A stretch of DNA of 64,000 bases from Spirochaetia bacterium (GCA_049515135.1 JBEKUJ010000007.1:116888-180887); one strand, 5' to 3'; shown: positions 9,405 to 19,402, counted from the first letter of the stretch. Translations and numbers: made by a program. Notes: a model not told the origin generated them from the letters alone.

Positions 9405-10239
9405 ATGACTACGATCTACGTTCCGACAATCTTCATGGCCGGCATTTGCTTGTATGTGGGTCTCTAGCACCTTCTGATCCACGCGAGAAGAAAAAATCAC
9501 CCTGAGGATCTCACTTTCGCGCTCCTCTGCCTGGTCACTTGCGTGTACGAGGTGTTGTGCACGGGGCTATACAACGTCACCTCCACGCCGGACGGCGCGC
9601 GGTGGCAGCGGCTGCAGCGGCTGCAGTTCATCTCCCTCGCGCTGTTTGCCACCGCGTTTCTCTGGTTCGTGTCCGATTACACTCACCGCCGGAAGGGCGT
9701 CGTGGTCTATGCCTTCATTCTACCTGGGAGCCGACATCGTCCAGATCGTCGATCGAAGCACCTTCCCGTGGATCCCCGGCCTGCCTTCCATCAAGACTAT
9801 TTCGCTCCCGTTCGGGATGCATATCACTTACTACGAAGTCACGCTGGGGATCTTCTCCGTCATTCAGGGCTTGATGGGTTTGGCAGCCACCGCGTACATC
9901 GTCTGGTGCGGCGTGAGTTTCTACCTCGGCGGCAGCCGGCGGGAGGCAGTCCCCTTGCTCGTCGCGCTGGGGGTCATGACGGCCGTGGCGATCAACGATA
10001 CCGCGGTGAGCAACGGGCTGTATCAGTGCATTTACCTCATCGAGTACGGCTATGTTGCGATGGTTCTCCTGATGGCCTTTTCGCTTTCTCGCACAGTCGT
10101 TGACGCCGCGATGGCGCGCGAGGCACTGCGGCAGATCACAGATCACGGGGTGCTCGACCCGGGCATCGACTTTATACAAAAGCCCTTCAACTCCCAGGAG
10201 TTTCTGGCGAAGGTCCGCGAGATATTGAACAGGCAGTAG
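9405..10239 (+). pseudogene. Decayed multi-TM sensor gene joined to the tail of a receiver domain
   Basis: ATG 9405; in-frame TAG at 9465; frameshift near 9720; hydrophobic helices run directly into DFIQKPFNSQEFLAKVREIL, a REC C-terminus. Confidence 0.65.
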
Positions 10240-10470
10240 AGATCAGATTTCCGGGCGGAGCAGGTCTTTCTCCGGCCTTTTTTGTGGGTTACTCTTTGCA
10301 ATAAGTGTCTCTGGCCTAACAAGCAATAGATAACGGCGTAGACAATAAACACAGTGGCAGCAATGGCGCCTCGCTTGCAATATTTGAAGGAACAATAGTT
10401 CTGCGTCATGAAGGCCCACCATGTGAGTCGTTTCCTGCGCAAAGGGACCGCAGAGTCGGCAGGGGCATGT

Positions 10471-10493
10471 AAAAGCCCCGGTTCCCCGGGCTC
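10471..10493 (-). terminator. Possible intrinsic terminator after the acidic ORF
   Basis: Minus strand reads GAGCCCGG-GGAA-CCGGGGCT-TTT just downstream of the stop at 10504. Confidence 0.4.
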
Positions 10494-10503
10494 ATGATGC
10501 GCT

Positions 10504-10881
10504 TCAGCGCGGATAATCGAGAGGCCATCCGGGCGGTAGCTTGTAATCAGCTCTGTACTCCTCCCAGAGCCGTTCGTTTTGCTCGTTCTCCTCTTCCACC
10601 TCATCCTTTGCATCTTCTTTCATGATCTTGCCTATGTTGGCATGCTCCGTATCCTCCTGCTCTTGCTCTTTTCCTTCCTGCTCCTCGTCGGTGTCATAGT
10701 CCATCCATAGCTCTTCCAGTGAGGTGTGAAGGTCGATCATTTCGCCATCCAAGCCGGTGAACCGCTTGGCGCCTTCAGGGTTTGCCACCTTCATCTCGAC
10801 AAGGAAGTTCATCGCCGCCGTCAATGTGGCGTACAGATGCCGAAAGACTTCATCCGCATCATCTTGACTATACTCTGCCAT
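10504..10881 (-). CDS. Hypothetical acidic protein
   Basis: 125 aa ORF, E/D-rich, GGAGG upstream. Confidence 0.55.
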   Translation of the reverse strand: MAEYSQDDADEVFRHLYATLTAAMNFLVEMKVANPEGAKRFTGLDGEMIDLHTSLEELWMDYDTDEEQEGKEQEQEDTEHANIGKIMKEDAKDEVEEENEQNERLWEEYRADYKLPPGWPLDYPR

Positions 10882-11367
10882 TTCCTTCCTCCGTGTTTCC
10901 CGCCGCCGGACAATTCAAAAAGTGGCGCCGCTGCGCTCTACGGTCCCCTGCGGTTCATCCTGCCAAGACAGTCCAAGAGGCAAGTCCCCACCAGACTGGC
11001 ACTCGGCCAGAGGGGACAGTAATGTCCGTTTTCATTCACCACCTCCATGGTAGCCGCTGCAACGCTGCCTCCACAAGATGCCGTCCCTCGGCGCTCTCCT
11101 GCTGGCTGAAAATCCGATGAACTCCTAATGAACCTTGTGCCGGCGCGTGCTGAGAGCGATAGTGCCGCAAACAAGAAGCCGAACGAGACTCACGGTTGAG
11201 GGGAATATCAAGTACTTTTTCGAGGGGTCAGTTCGCCATCAGGGGGGATCTGCAACGATAGAAAGATCCTCAAAACCAAGCTCGTTCAGGGAGGAGGCGG
11301 GCCATGGCCGCGTCCGGAGCTTGATTCTTCCCCTCCACCTACCTCCAGGACGCCGGATGGAGGGAAA

Positions 11368-11568
11368 TTACTCTATCACATTGACTGTGACTTCGTTCGA
11401 TGGGACCCACTGGAGTGAGTGGTTATCGTCCTCCAGCAGGACATTGGTCTTGTTGAATTCTGTGTCCTGAAAGTGAACGGCGAGGACCTGGTAGATCCTG
11501 CCAATCGCGAAGGTCCGCTCCTTGTGTGGCCCCTGGATGACCTTGACTGAGAAGTTGCGAAAGTACAT
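11368..11568 (-). CDS. Small hypothetical protein
   Basis: 66 aa with AAGGAGG RBS and a protein-like beta-rich composition. Confidence 0.55.
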   Translation of the reverse strand: MYFRNFSVKVIQGPHKERTFAIGRIYQVLAVHFQDTEFNKTNVLLEDDNHSLQWVPSNEVTVNVIE

Positions 11569-11750
11569 CTCTCGTGCCTCCTTGCGTTCGAGCGTTTCAA
11601 AGAAAGACAGGTCTTCGTAAGGTTTCTAACGTTCATAGCGACTTGATTAGCTACTCCGCGGCAGGCCTCCGATAAGCCCGGCGCCGGGGGAGTCAATGTG
11701 AGCTGGCCAGGGTCTTTCGGACACTTCGGCTATGTAGCAAACCAAGTGGG

Positions 11751-12386
11751 CTAATGAACACCGTCAGCTCCTGTCCTTGATCTCTCCAGCGAGGACGGCT
11801 TCAGGATCTTGTCGATGAGACCGTACTCGACGGCCTCCTCGGCGGACATATAGTAGTCTCTCTCGAGGTCCTTCTCCACGGTTTCGGGGGACTTGCCTGT
11901 GTGTCTTGCGAAGTATGACACGATGAGCTTCTTGATCCGGATGAGCTCCCGGGCCTGGATGCTGATGTCAACCGCCTGGCCGGATACCCCGCCCCAGGGC
12001 TGGTGGATGAGGATGCGCGAGGAGGGCAGGGCCATCCTCTTGCCCTTGGCGCCGCAGGCGAGCAGGAGGGCCGCCGAATAGGCGGCCCCCCCGAGACAGA
12101 TGGTCTGCACGTCCGGCTTGATGTACTGGATCGTGTCATAGATGGCGAGACCCGCCGTCACCGCGCCACCTGGGGAGTCGATGTACAGGTGGATGTCCTT
12201 CTCGGGGTCCTGGCTCTCGAGGAACAGGAGCTGGGCGACCACGAGATCGGCGTTCAGGTCGTAGATCTCTCCGTCGACGAAGACGATCCTGTCCTTGAGG
12301 AGACGGGAGTATAGGTCGTACGACTGCTCTCCGCGGCCGGTCTGCTCAATTACTATTGGGACGAGATCGATGTCCTTCTCATCCAT
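11751..12386 (-). CDS. clpP: ClpP-family protease subunit (catalytic Ser apparently replaced)
   Basis: [26 protein letters not shown] and [11 protein letters not shown] motifs; the nucleophile region reads [10 protein letters not shown]. Confidence 0.9.
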   Translation of the reverse strand: MDEKDIDLVPIVIEQTGRGEQSYDLYSRLLKDRIVFVDGEIYDLNADLVVAQLLFLESQDPEKDIHLYIDSPGGAVTAGLAIYDTIQYIKPDVQTICLGGAAYSAALLLACGAKGKRMALPSSRILIHQPWGGVSGQAVDISIQARELIRIKKLIVSYFARHTGKSPETVEKDLERDYYMSAEEAVEYGLIDKILKPSSLERSRTGADGVH

Positions 12387-12621
12387 GAAGCCGATGCCCC
12401 ACCTTCTGAATAAGGGTACAATTCCCTTGCAGGATGTCCAATACGTTCCTCTTTATTTCCATCTCTCCCTACTCCTTGCCCTGTACGCCTCCCAACAGGC
12501 CCCAAGCACTGCACATTGCTTTCTTATGGCCGCCACATTTGTATGGCGTAGCCTTCTCCGCTGACTCCGCGGTGCTTGCCACCTTGAAATGGCTGGTTTA
12601 CAGGCTTAACAGTTCAGCCTG

Positions 12622-12966
12622 TCATTTTCCTGCAATTTTTTTCGTCATAGTTTCTGGGCCACCTGCCTTGATGGCGACCTTCACAGCATCTTCCATCGGA
12701 TCTTTGAAGGGCACCTCGATTCGAAGCAGTCCGTTCTCGTAGGTTGCCTCTGCTTTGTCGGGTTTCACCGGCCAACCCAAAGCCAGCGAGGAAACATACT
12801 CGATGTCCCTCGCTGGCGCTGTCAAGTGGACGCTGTCTTGCAGGATCTTCACATCGATGGTATCCGCTGGCGCGCCTGGGATGGCGAACTCTACTACTAG
12901 CTTGCGGTTCTCCGAGTCAGCATATGCCACAGTATCGGGTGCAACCTTCATTCGATTTTCGGGCAT
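12622..12966 (-). CDS. Hsp20/alpha-crystallin small heat-shock protein
   Basis: AEATYENGLLRIEVP motif; AGGAGG RBS. Confidence 0.85.
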   Translation of the reverse strand: MPENRMKVAPDTVAYADSENRKLVVEFAIPGAPADTIDVKILQDSVHLTAPARDIEYVSSLALGWPVKPDKAEATYENGLLRIEVPFKDPMEDAVKVAIKAGGPETMTKKIAGK

Positions 12967-13210
12967 CTTGGTACCCTCCTTTTTGTTCTAAGGTACAATG
13001 TAACCATGGTGGATGTAGAAAGATAGGAACTTCCGATTTGCTAACATCCAAGGCGGTGAGACTGCGGCGGTAGCCTCTGCACTTGCGACGCCTGCAAGTC
13101 CCAGCCGACGAATAGAGTGTTATACTACCCGATGGATGGCTTCCGTTTGGGAATAATGGTCAGGGCCATTCTGCGGCTCTCGTGGAGCTTGTAGGCCAAA
13201 GGAGAACTCG

Positions 13211-13615
13211 ATGAAAACGAAGGTGGGTCTGTGGATTGACCATAGGAAGGCGATTGTTGTAGCTGTCACTGACAAAGGAGAAGAGATAGGACTAGTAATA
13301 TCTGCGATTGAAAAACAAGCCCGTCGTTCTCCAAGTTCGCGCCATACGGGTCCCTATGAACCACAACACGTACCGGCAGATGATAGTCGACAGAGAGCCT
13401 TTACGGGACATCTCAACATTTACTATGACGCGGTCATCGCGAGCATTCGCGATGCGGAATCCATTCTGATATTCGGCCCTGGTGAGGCAAAGGGAGAACT
13501 GAAGAAACGTCTTGAAAGAATCGACCTTGGCGGACGCATCGTTAGTGTTGAAACAGTTGACAAGATGACGAATCGCCAGATTGCAGCGAAAGTTCGACGG
13601 CACTTTGCAAAATAG
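13211..13615 (+). CDS. baeRF/host-attachment-like (eRF1-related) small protein
   Basis: VGLWIDHRKAIVV and ILIFGPGEAKGEL motifs. Confidence 0.65.
   Translation: MKTKVGLWIDHRKAIVVAVTDKGEEIGLVISAIEKQARRSPSSRHTGPYEPQHVPADDSRQRAFTGHLNIYYDAVIASIRDAESILIFGPGEAKGELKKRLERIDLGGRIVSVETVDKMTNRQIAAKVRRHFAK
13398..13609 (+). repeat. Direct repeat copy 1 (3' half of the baeRF-like gene)
   Basis: Closely matches 61067-61271; both contain the run tgatattcggccctggtgaggcaaagggagaactgaagaaacgtcttgaaagaatcga. Confidence 0.95.
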
Positions 13616-13649
13616 CACTTAGAAATAGGACCGAGGTGGAAACTCAGCC

Positions 13650-13678
13650 TTGACTTTGAACAATTTATATGTTACATT
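13650..13678 (+). promoter_or_regulatory. Putative sigma70 promoter for the recombinase
   Basis: TTGACT, 17 bp spacer, TACATT with an extended -10 TG. Confidence 0.5.
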
Positions 13679-13689
13679 ACACAATATAA

Positions 13690-14673
13690 GTGAGCAATCA
13701 CATGGAGAAGGAGTTGGAGACAGTAACGAAAGAACAGGGGCTGAACCGAGGCCATGACAGGCTCCTTGGCGAGCTCGGAGGTATCCGCGACAGGTACCGA
13801 TTCGACGTGAAGCAATTCATAGAGTTCGTGAAGGGCAGGAGACTATTTATCGTGGACGGGCTCGAACAATATGCCAGGTGGCTGGATGTGGGGGGCAACG
13901 GCAAGAGGTACTCGCCGGCGACCATCAACAGGAAGATCGCGGCCGCGAAGAACCGTATCCGCTATGCCTTCCGGCACAGCGATTATGCGGCGGATTTACG
14001 AAAGAGGTATCAGCTGGAAGATGTACTGAAGTCGGTGCGGCTGAAGAAGGTCGATTCCCTGCCTGTGTCCCCGGACAAGCTCTTGGACGTGAACGAAGCC
14101 AGGCTGCTTGTCGAACGCACAAAGGACAGCACCGTCAGGTTGATGGCAATGTTTCTTGTCGGCACGGGCGTCAGGGTGTCTGAGATGCTGGGAATACTAC
14201 TCACGGACATCAAGGTCGGGAAAGGCAATTTTGCGGAGGTGAAAGTGATAGGAAAGGGATCGAAAGAGAGAGCGATCCACGTCAAGAAAGAGCTCATAGA
14301 GCGCATCAGGAAGCACTTTCACGGTACGACCCGACTGTTCGAGCATCAGGGCAAGCCCTTCAATCGCATATCCGTCACCAATCGTATCAAGCACGAAGCT
14401 CTTCGGACGATAGGAAGGGAAGTGACCGCGCAGCAGCTTCGACATACCTGGGCTGCAATCCAGATTCAGCGGGGCAAGGATATTCAGGCTGTTGCGGCTG
14501 TGCTGGGACATGCGGACCCCGGGGTCACCGCGCGGATGTATGCACGCACCAAGCTCGCGCCGCAGGAAGCCTTCCTGGACTTGGAGGAGAAGGGGCCGGC
14601 AGGTCATGAGAAGCAGACTGTGGCGTCGGCCCCTTCCGGGAAAAGGGGGTTCGCGGTCAAAGGCTTTTCATGA
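13690..14673 (+). CDS. Tyrosine recombinase/integrase
   Basis: TGVRVSE (Arg), GKGSKER (Lys), QQLRH (HxxR with His to Gln), LGH, TARMY (Tyr). Confidence 0.9.
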   Translation: MSNHMEKELETVTKEQGLNRGHDRLLGELGGIRDRYRFDVKQFIEFVKGRRLFIVDGLEQYARWLDVGGNGKRYSPATINRKIAAAKNRIRYAFRHSDYAADLRKRYQLEDVLKSVRLKKVDSLPVSPDKLLDVNEARLLVERTKDSTVRLMAMFLVGTGVRVSEMLGILLTDIKVGKGNFAEVKVIGKGSKERAIHVKKELIERIRKHFHGTTRLFEHQGKPFNRISVTNRIKHEALRTIGREVTAQQLRHTWAAIQIQRGKDIQAVAAVLGHADPGVTARMYARTKLAPQEAFLDLEEKGPAGHEKQTVASAPSGKRGFAVKGFS

Positions 14674-14793
14674 TTGAGATGGCAGACAGGGAAAAGGAGC
14701 GCGTTGAACACGGGATTTTGAAAACGGTAGCGACAACGTGTGTCGTCGTTGCCTTGCACGTCAACGCCCGTTGAATCGGGCGAGGAGGATGTC

Positions 14794-15672
14794 ATGTATT
14801 ATTTGCTGGCTATGGCCATTGTCATTGTTCTTGTGGTCTTTCTTTCCGGGATTAGGGTCGTTCGCCCGACAACCAGGGGGCTCGTTGAGAGGCTTGGGAA
14901 ATACCGTCGCTTTGCCAGCCCGGGATTCAACTGGGTCATGCCCGTTATCGATCGACTTTTCAAGATCAATGTCACGGAGGTCATGGTCAACGCGGAGCCG
15001 CAGGAGATTATTACCAGCGACAAGCTGAATGCAAGCGTGGATGCCCAGGTGTATTTCAAAGTGAAAAGCGACGAGGAGAACGTGAAAAACTCGCAATACG
15101 CCGTGAACAACTACAAATACCAGATTGTCAACCTTGCCCGGACCACCCTGCGAAACATCATTGGCACGATGACCCTTAAATCGGCCAACAGTGAACGCGG
15201 GATGATCAACAGCGAGCTCCAGAAGACGCTGCGCAACGAAACGGGTCACTGGGGAATCGATATCGTGAGGACAGAGTTGAAGGAGATCGATCCTCCCGAG
15301 GATGTGCAGGCAACCATGAACAAGGTCGTGAAGGCGGAAAACGAAAAGGTGGCGGCAATCGATTTTGCCACGGCAACGGAGACCATGGCGGACGGAGCGC
15401 GGCGCGCAGAGATCAAGAAGGCGGAGGGGATCAGGCAGGCAAAAATACTCGAAGCGGAGGGCGAAGCACAGGCCATCAAACTGGTCAACGAGGCCGCGGA
15501 CAAGTATTTCGTTGGGAATGCCCAGCTGCTCAGGAGATTGATGGCGGTGGAAGTAGCGCTTTCAACGAACGCAAAGATCGTCGTCCCTTCGAACACGGAG
15601 CTGGTGAATGTCATCGGCGAAATGGCAGGGATCCTGCCGTGGAGCAAGGCCCCCGTGGCGGCCAAGCCCTAG
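14794..15672 (+). CDS. SPFH/Band 7 (stomatin/QmcA-like) membrane protein
   Basis: N-terminal TM; VERLGKY; ARTTLRNIIG; AEGEAQAI coiled coil; GAGGAGG RBS. Confidence 0.9.
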   Translation: MYYLLAMAIVIVLVVFLSGIRVVRPTTRGLVERLGKYRRFASPGFNWVMPVIDRLFKINVTEVMVNAEPQEIITSDKLNASVDAQVYFKVKSDEENVKNSQYAVNNYKYQIVNLARTTLRNIIGTMTLKSANSERGMINSELQKTLRNETGHWGIDIVRTELKEIDPPEDVQATMNKVVKAENEKVAAIDFATATETMADGARRAEIKKAEGIRQAKILEAEGEAQAIKLVNEAADKYFVGNAQLLRRLMAVEVALSTNAKIVVPSNTELVNVIGEMAGILPWSKAPVAAKP

Positions 15673-15690
15673 AGAGGAAAGAGGAGAGTT

Positions 15691-16356
15691 ATGAAAAGGT
15701 TTGCTGGAATTGCAGGGTTTCTTCTCATCGGTTCTCTTCTGTTTGCGCAAAACTCGACTTCGGCTGCCAGCGCATTCCTCCGGCTGATCAGGACCGGCAG
15801 CCCGGATCAGGTGCTGGGAGCAATCAAGGAGGGAGCAGACGTCATGCAGAGGGATGCAACGGGTCTGACGCCCCTGATGTCTGCTGCACAGGACAATCCA
15901 AACCCCGAGGTGGTGAAAGTGCTTATCACGGCCGGCGCGAACATCGAAGACAGAGACGCCCTGGGTTTCACGCCGTTGATGTGGGCAGCGGGAGGCAATT
16001 CGAACCCACAGGTAATGAATGCGTTGCTTACTGCAGGCGCGAATGTCATGGCTAAGAGCAGAGAGGGCGAAACATCGCTGATCTGGTGCGCGAACAATAA
16101 CCCGAACCCCGAGGTGATGCGGATGCTGCTCGCCGCAGGGGCAAGCGTAAATGACGCTGATAGCTCCGGCATGACTGCGCTAATGTGGGCTGCGAAGGCC
16201 AACTCGAACCCCAAAATTGTCACGCTCCTGCTCGGCGCGGGCGCCAACGGCAAGACAGTCAACTTCAGCGGAAAAACGGCTTTCGACTATGCCGGGGACA
16301 ACGGAAAGCTGAAGGGAACCTCGGCGTACTGGGCCTTGAACAATGCAGGATACTAA
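15691..16356 (+). CDS. Exported ankyrin-repeat protein
   Basis: Signal peptide followed by repeated GxTPLMxAA...NPEV..LL.AGA units. Confidence 0.9.
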   Translation: MKRFAGIAGFLLIGSLLFAQNSTSAASAFLRLIRTGSPDQVLGAIKEGADVMQRDATGLTPLMSAAQDNPNPEVVKVLITAGANIEDRDALGFTPLMWAAGGNSNPQVMNALLTAGANVMAKSREGETSLIWCANNNPNPEVMRMLLAAGASVNDADSSGMTALMWAAKANSNPKIVTLLLGAGANGKTVNFSGKTAFDYAGDNGKLKGTSAYWALNNAGY

Positions 16357-16394
16357 GAGCGGAACGTCCCGCGGTGGAGGAACCCGGGCGCGAC

Positions 16395-16709
16395 ATGGAG
16401 CTTCTCATGATCGAGCTTGAGGTTTTAGGGATCGGACAAATGCCGAAACTGAAGCCCGCGCACCAGCCTGAGATAACGCACACGCCTTGCGTGGGGACAC
16501 ACGTTTTTATTTGGAGTGACACGGTAGCGGAGAAGGGTCCTCCCGAAGGACTGAGCTGCAAATGCGGAATGTTCGAGCTGCATTACGCGATCTGTGAGTG
16601 CGGGTGCGGCTGTGTAACCATGTCTTTGCGTTTCAAGCAGCAGAGAATCGACCTTGAAGGAGCAGCAACGGTCCAAAGTCGAGAGCGGGGCAGTGGGGCT
16701 CCTGGATGA
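16395..16709 (+). CDS. Hypothetical Cys-rich protein
   Basis: CKCG and CECGCGC clusters; GGAGG upstream at long spacing. Confidence 0.3.
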   Translation: MELLMIELEVLGIGQMPKLKPAHQPEITHTPCVGTHVFIWSDTVAEKGPPEGLSCKCGMFELHYAICECGCGCVTMSLRFKQQRIDLEGAATVQSRERGSGAPG

Positions 16710-17150
16710 TGCTGCCAACCAAGGCCTTGTCTTTGTGCCTGAGACCCTGGGCAAACTCCACGCTGATGTAGCAAAAGATGGGAAAGGATCACTTCGGTTG
16801 GATCATACCCATTTACTGAAGATGGTTTCGGGCTACATCAAGAGAATCGATCCGCTCACCGGTGAGGATCTTCATGGCGGTCCTCGATGCAGAGTTCGAG
16901 ATTGTCAGCACATCCCGGGAGCTCCCCGGCTGAGAGCGCTGCATCGGGCATTTCACCGATGCCAGCATGGTGCCGTGTCCGACGGGGCGGACCGCTCTTC
17001 CGCCGGTTTCGCTCGGCGCGGAAAAGGGCTACCTTCCAATTCATCCGTGGGAAGCCATGAAAGGACCCGGACGCGCATTCCGGGCGCGGAAACTCACAGG
17101 CCTCTTCAGCGCCCAGCTCTCTGACACCCGCCAGACCGCGGTCTGGCGCG

Positions 17151-17363
17151 GTGTCGGTGTCGTCCGCCTTAGCGGTCATCGGGTTGCCTCACCCATCGCG
17201 TTGGAAGCTGCCGCCGATATCGCCTATGGGCTCGCCGAGCAGCGCAGCATCGACGACCATGCGACACCGCGCCGCGACGGCGGACGCGGAGCCTCGCATC
17301 GAGAGGCTCCCGCCGGGTACCCGGATCTCATGTCGCATCGACAGCTCCCAAGGAGATTTCTGA
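17151..17363 (+). pseudogene. C-terminal remnant of a NarX-type histidine kinase
   Basis: MRHRAATADAEPRIERLPPGTRISCRI resembles an HATPase C-terminus; its stop overlaps the regulator start. Confidence 0.45.
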
Positions 17364-18169
17364 TGGTAAGGCCCGTCACGTTTCTCGTCGTCGACGATCA
17401 TCCCGTGTTCAGGCAGGGCCTCGTCGCCCTCATCAGGAGCAACAAGCGCTACCATGTATGCGCTGAGGCAGGCACTGTGGCCGAATCCCTTGCGGCGCTG
17501 GAGAAGGCGGTACCTGATATTGCACTCGTGGACATATCACTCGTAGGCCAGAACGGTCTGGATCTTGTGAAGACACTGAAGTCGGCGCATCCCGAGGTGC
17601 TGGTGCTTATCATTTCCATGCATGACGAGGTCATCTACGCGGAGCTGGCGCTGAAAGCGGGGGCCAGGGGCTACATGATGAAGCAGGAAGCTGCCTCGGT
17701 CATGCTGGACGCCATCGAGACGGTGATTTCCGGCAATATCTATGTTTCCGCCATCATGCGTGACAGGCTCCTGGAAACGATGTTCAGCCGTCGGGAGGGA
17801 GTCGAGGCAACTTCAGTCTCGCGCCTCAGCGACAGGGAGCTGGAGGTGCTGGAGCTGATGGGGCAGGGCTATGGCGCGGCGGAGACCGCGAAGGCGCTGA
17901 ACCTGTCGGTGAAGACGATATATGAGTACCGCGACCATATCAAGGAGAAGCTCCAGATCGTGGGAGCAGGAGCGAGCGCGCCTGCGCCATCAGAAGCCTA
18001 CCCTACGTCGGAACCGGCTAGAATCGGACAAAGGTCGAATTCCCAAATAGGTTGTATTACCTATCCCGCTCTGCCCAAACAAGTGGTACAAAAACCAGGG
18101 GCAGGTCACAATTGTATTCCAGGTAAGCCGCAAGCCTTTCACGGAACGTTCTTGGCGGAACGTTCTTGA
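17363..18169 (+). CDS. NarL/LuxR-family response regulator, C-terminus disrupted
   Basis: LVVDDHPVFRQGL, PDIALVDISL, LSDRELEVL...NLSVKTI. Homology ends at KEKLQI (~17960), then the frame reads into unrelated sequence. Confidence 0.75.
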   Translation: MVRPVTFLVVDDHPVFRQGLVALIRSNKRYHVCAEAGTVAESLAALEKAVPDIALVDISLVGQNGLDLVKTLKSAHPEVLVLIISMHDEVIYAELALKAGARGYMMKQEAASVMLDAIETVISGNIYVSAIMRDRLLETMFSRREGVEATSVSRLSDRELEVLELMGQGYGAAETAKALNLSVKTIYEYRDHIKEKLQIVGAGASAPAPSEAYPTSEPARIGQRSNSQIGCITYPALPKQVVQKPGAGHNCIPGKPQAFHGTFLAERS

Positions 18170-18203
18170 TCGTTAGAATAGTGCGGTCCACGGAGGGTGC
18201 AAG

Positions 18204-18400
18204 GTGAAAAAGCGAACAGGGCGCCTCAAGAAGAGTCCTAAGCAGGAAGGGGTGACGCTGCGCACGCTGATCGACAATTTGCCTGACGGCATCTTTCTGA
18301 AGGACAATGAAAGCCGCTTCGTCTTTGCGAATCAAGTCATCGCGGAGCTGATGGGCGCCCCTGATCCTTCGGCGCTCACCGGCAAGACAGACCACCCGCA
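18204..18400 (+). pseudogene. Truncated PAS-domain gene fragment
   Basis: LRTLIDNLPDGIFLKDNESRFVFANQ...GKTD, cut off where the next minus-strand gene ends. Confidence 0.65.
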
Positions 18401-19402
18401 TCAAGAAGAGCACACCGCCATTGGCAGATCCTTGACAGTGAGGAGTCCTGGATTTGCATGGACTACTCGTAGTATGGAGTTGACGACGGTGGCAGCTGTG
18501 CCAATATCGCCGTTGATCCCGCCATGAACCGTCGCGCGAACGTCCGGAATGCCATAGAGACATACTTCGTCATATGTCTCGCGAGCTCCAAGATACGCAA
18601 CAAACTCGAGAATAATCCGAATTTTGCCCTCCACAGATCCATAGCCCATTTGCCTGACTCCGGCTACTTGGCCTGGCTCAACTGTTAGGTATTGGCTTGA
18701 GGCCTTTGCCTCAGCGATGACAGGATCTATTTTTTCAGCTACTTCATCTAGCTGCCATCCCATTCCGCCGGCTATCATGCCGATGGACTCCTGTATCCCT
18801 ACGTGACGGATTCTCCCACCATCCACCAGCGCTTGAAACTCCCGAATAGAACAACCGGCGCCGATCTTCTTCTGAAAGGGCAATCGCCTCAACGAGGCGT
18901 CTTGAACTCGCGCAACTTTCACAAGGTCTACCTTTTGGCAAACCCCGCTCATGAAAAGGGGCCAGGCATCCATGAGAAAGCCCGGGTTTATGCCGGTGGC
19001 AAGAACAGTGACGTTATGCTCAAGGGCTGTACGGTTTATCCGATTGGACAGCTCGGGATGCTTTTTATAAGGAAAGGAGAGTTCTTCACAAGTTGAGATT
19101 ACATCGCAACCGGCCTCAACTATCTGCTGAAGTTGGTCGACAACGCGAGTCAGTTGCGATGAGGTGCAGTGAAGCACGACATCTGCAGAATTGAGACCAG
19201 CGACTGCTCCCAGATCATTTGATATGGAGACTCCGATCTTTTGATTCTGTCCGGCAAGCTCACCGAGGTCTTTTCCCACCTTGTCTTTCGCGGTATCGAC
19301 CGCACCAATTAAAGTCAAGTACGACCTCTGCAAAGCGAGCTTTGCGACGCTGCACCCAATTGGCCCACAGCCGTACTGGATGACGTTGATTTTGTTCTTC
19401 AA
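18401..19402 (-). CDS. NAD(P)-dependent amine dehydrogenase (2,4-diaminopentanoate dehydrogenase/DapB-like family)
   Basis: IQYGCGPIG Rossmann motif; VISTCEEL; TGINPGF; RRLPFQKKIG. Confidence 0.75.
   Translation of the reverse strand: MKNKINVIQYGCGPIGCSVAKLALQRSYLTLIGAVDTAKDKVGKDLGELAGQNQKIGVSISNDLGAVAGLNSADVVLHCTSSQLTRVVDQLQQIVEAGCDVISTCEELSFPYKKHPELSNRINRTALEHNVTVLATGINPGFLMDAWPLFMSGVCQKVDLVKVARVQDASLRRLPFQKKIGAGCSIREFQALVDGGRIRHVGIQESIGMIAGGMGWQLDEVAEKIDPVIAEAKASSQYLTVEPGQVAGVRQMGYGSVEGKIRIILEFVAYLGARETYDEVCLYGIPDVRATVHGGINGDIGTAATVVNSILRVVHANPGLLTVKDLPMAVCSS

Noticed and set aside
9465-9467. In-frame TAG (and the TGA at 30935) as possible pyrrolysine/selenocysteine recoding
   Set aside because: Each is one base from an ordinary codon (TAC, TGG), and both genes carry further lesions.
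13655-13690. Possible dif-like Xer site upstream of the recombinase
   Set aside because: Only loose AT-rich similarity; no convincing 11-6-11 arm structure.
16967-17362. N-terminal 132-aa extension of the response regulator ORF
   Set aside because: Non-protein-like sequence. An AGGAG RBS and REC homology start at 17363, and a kinase remnant occupies another frame here.
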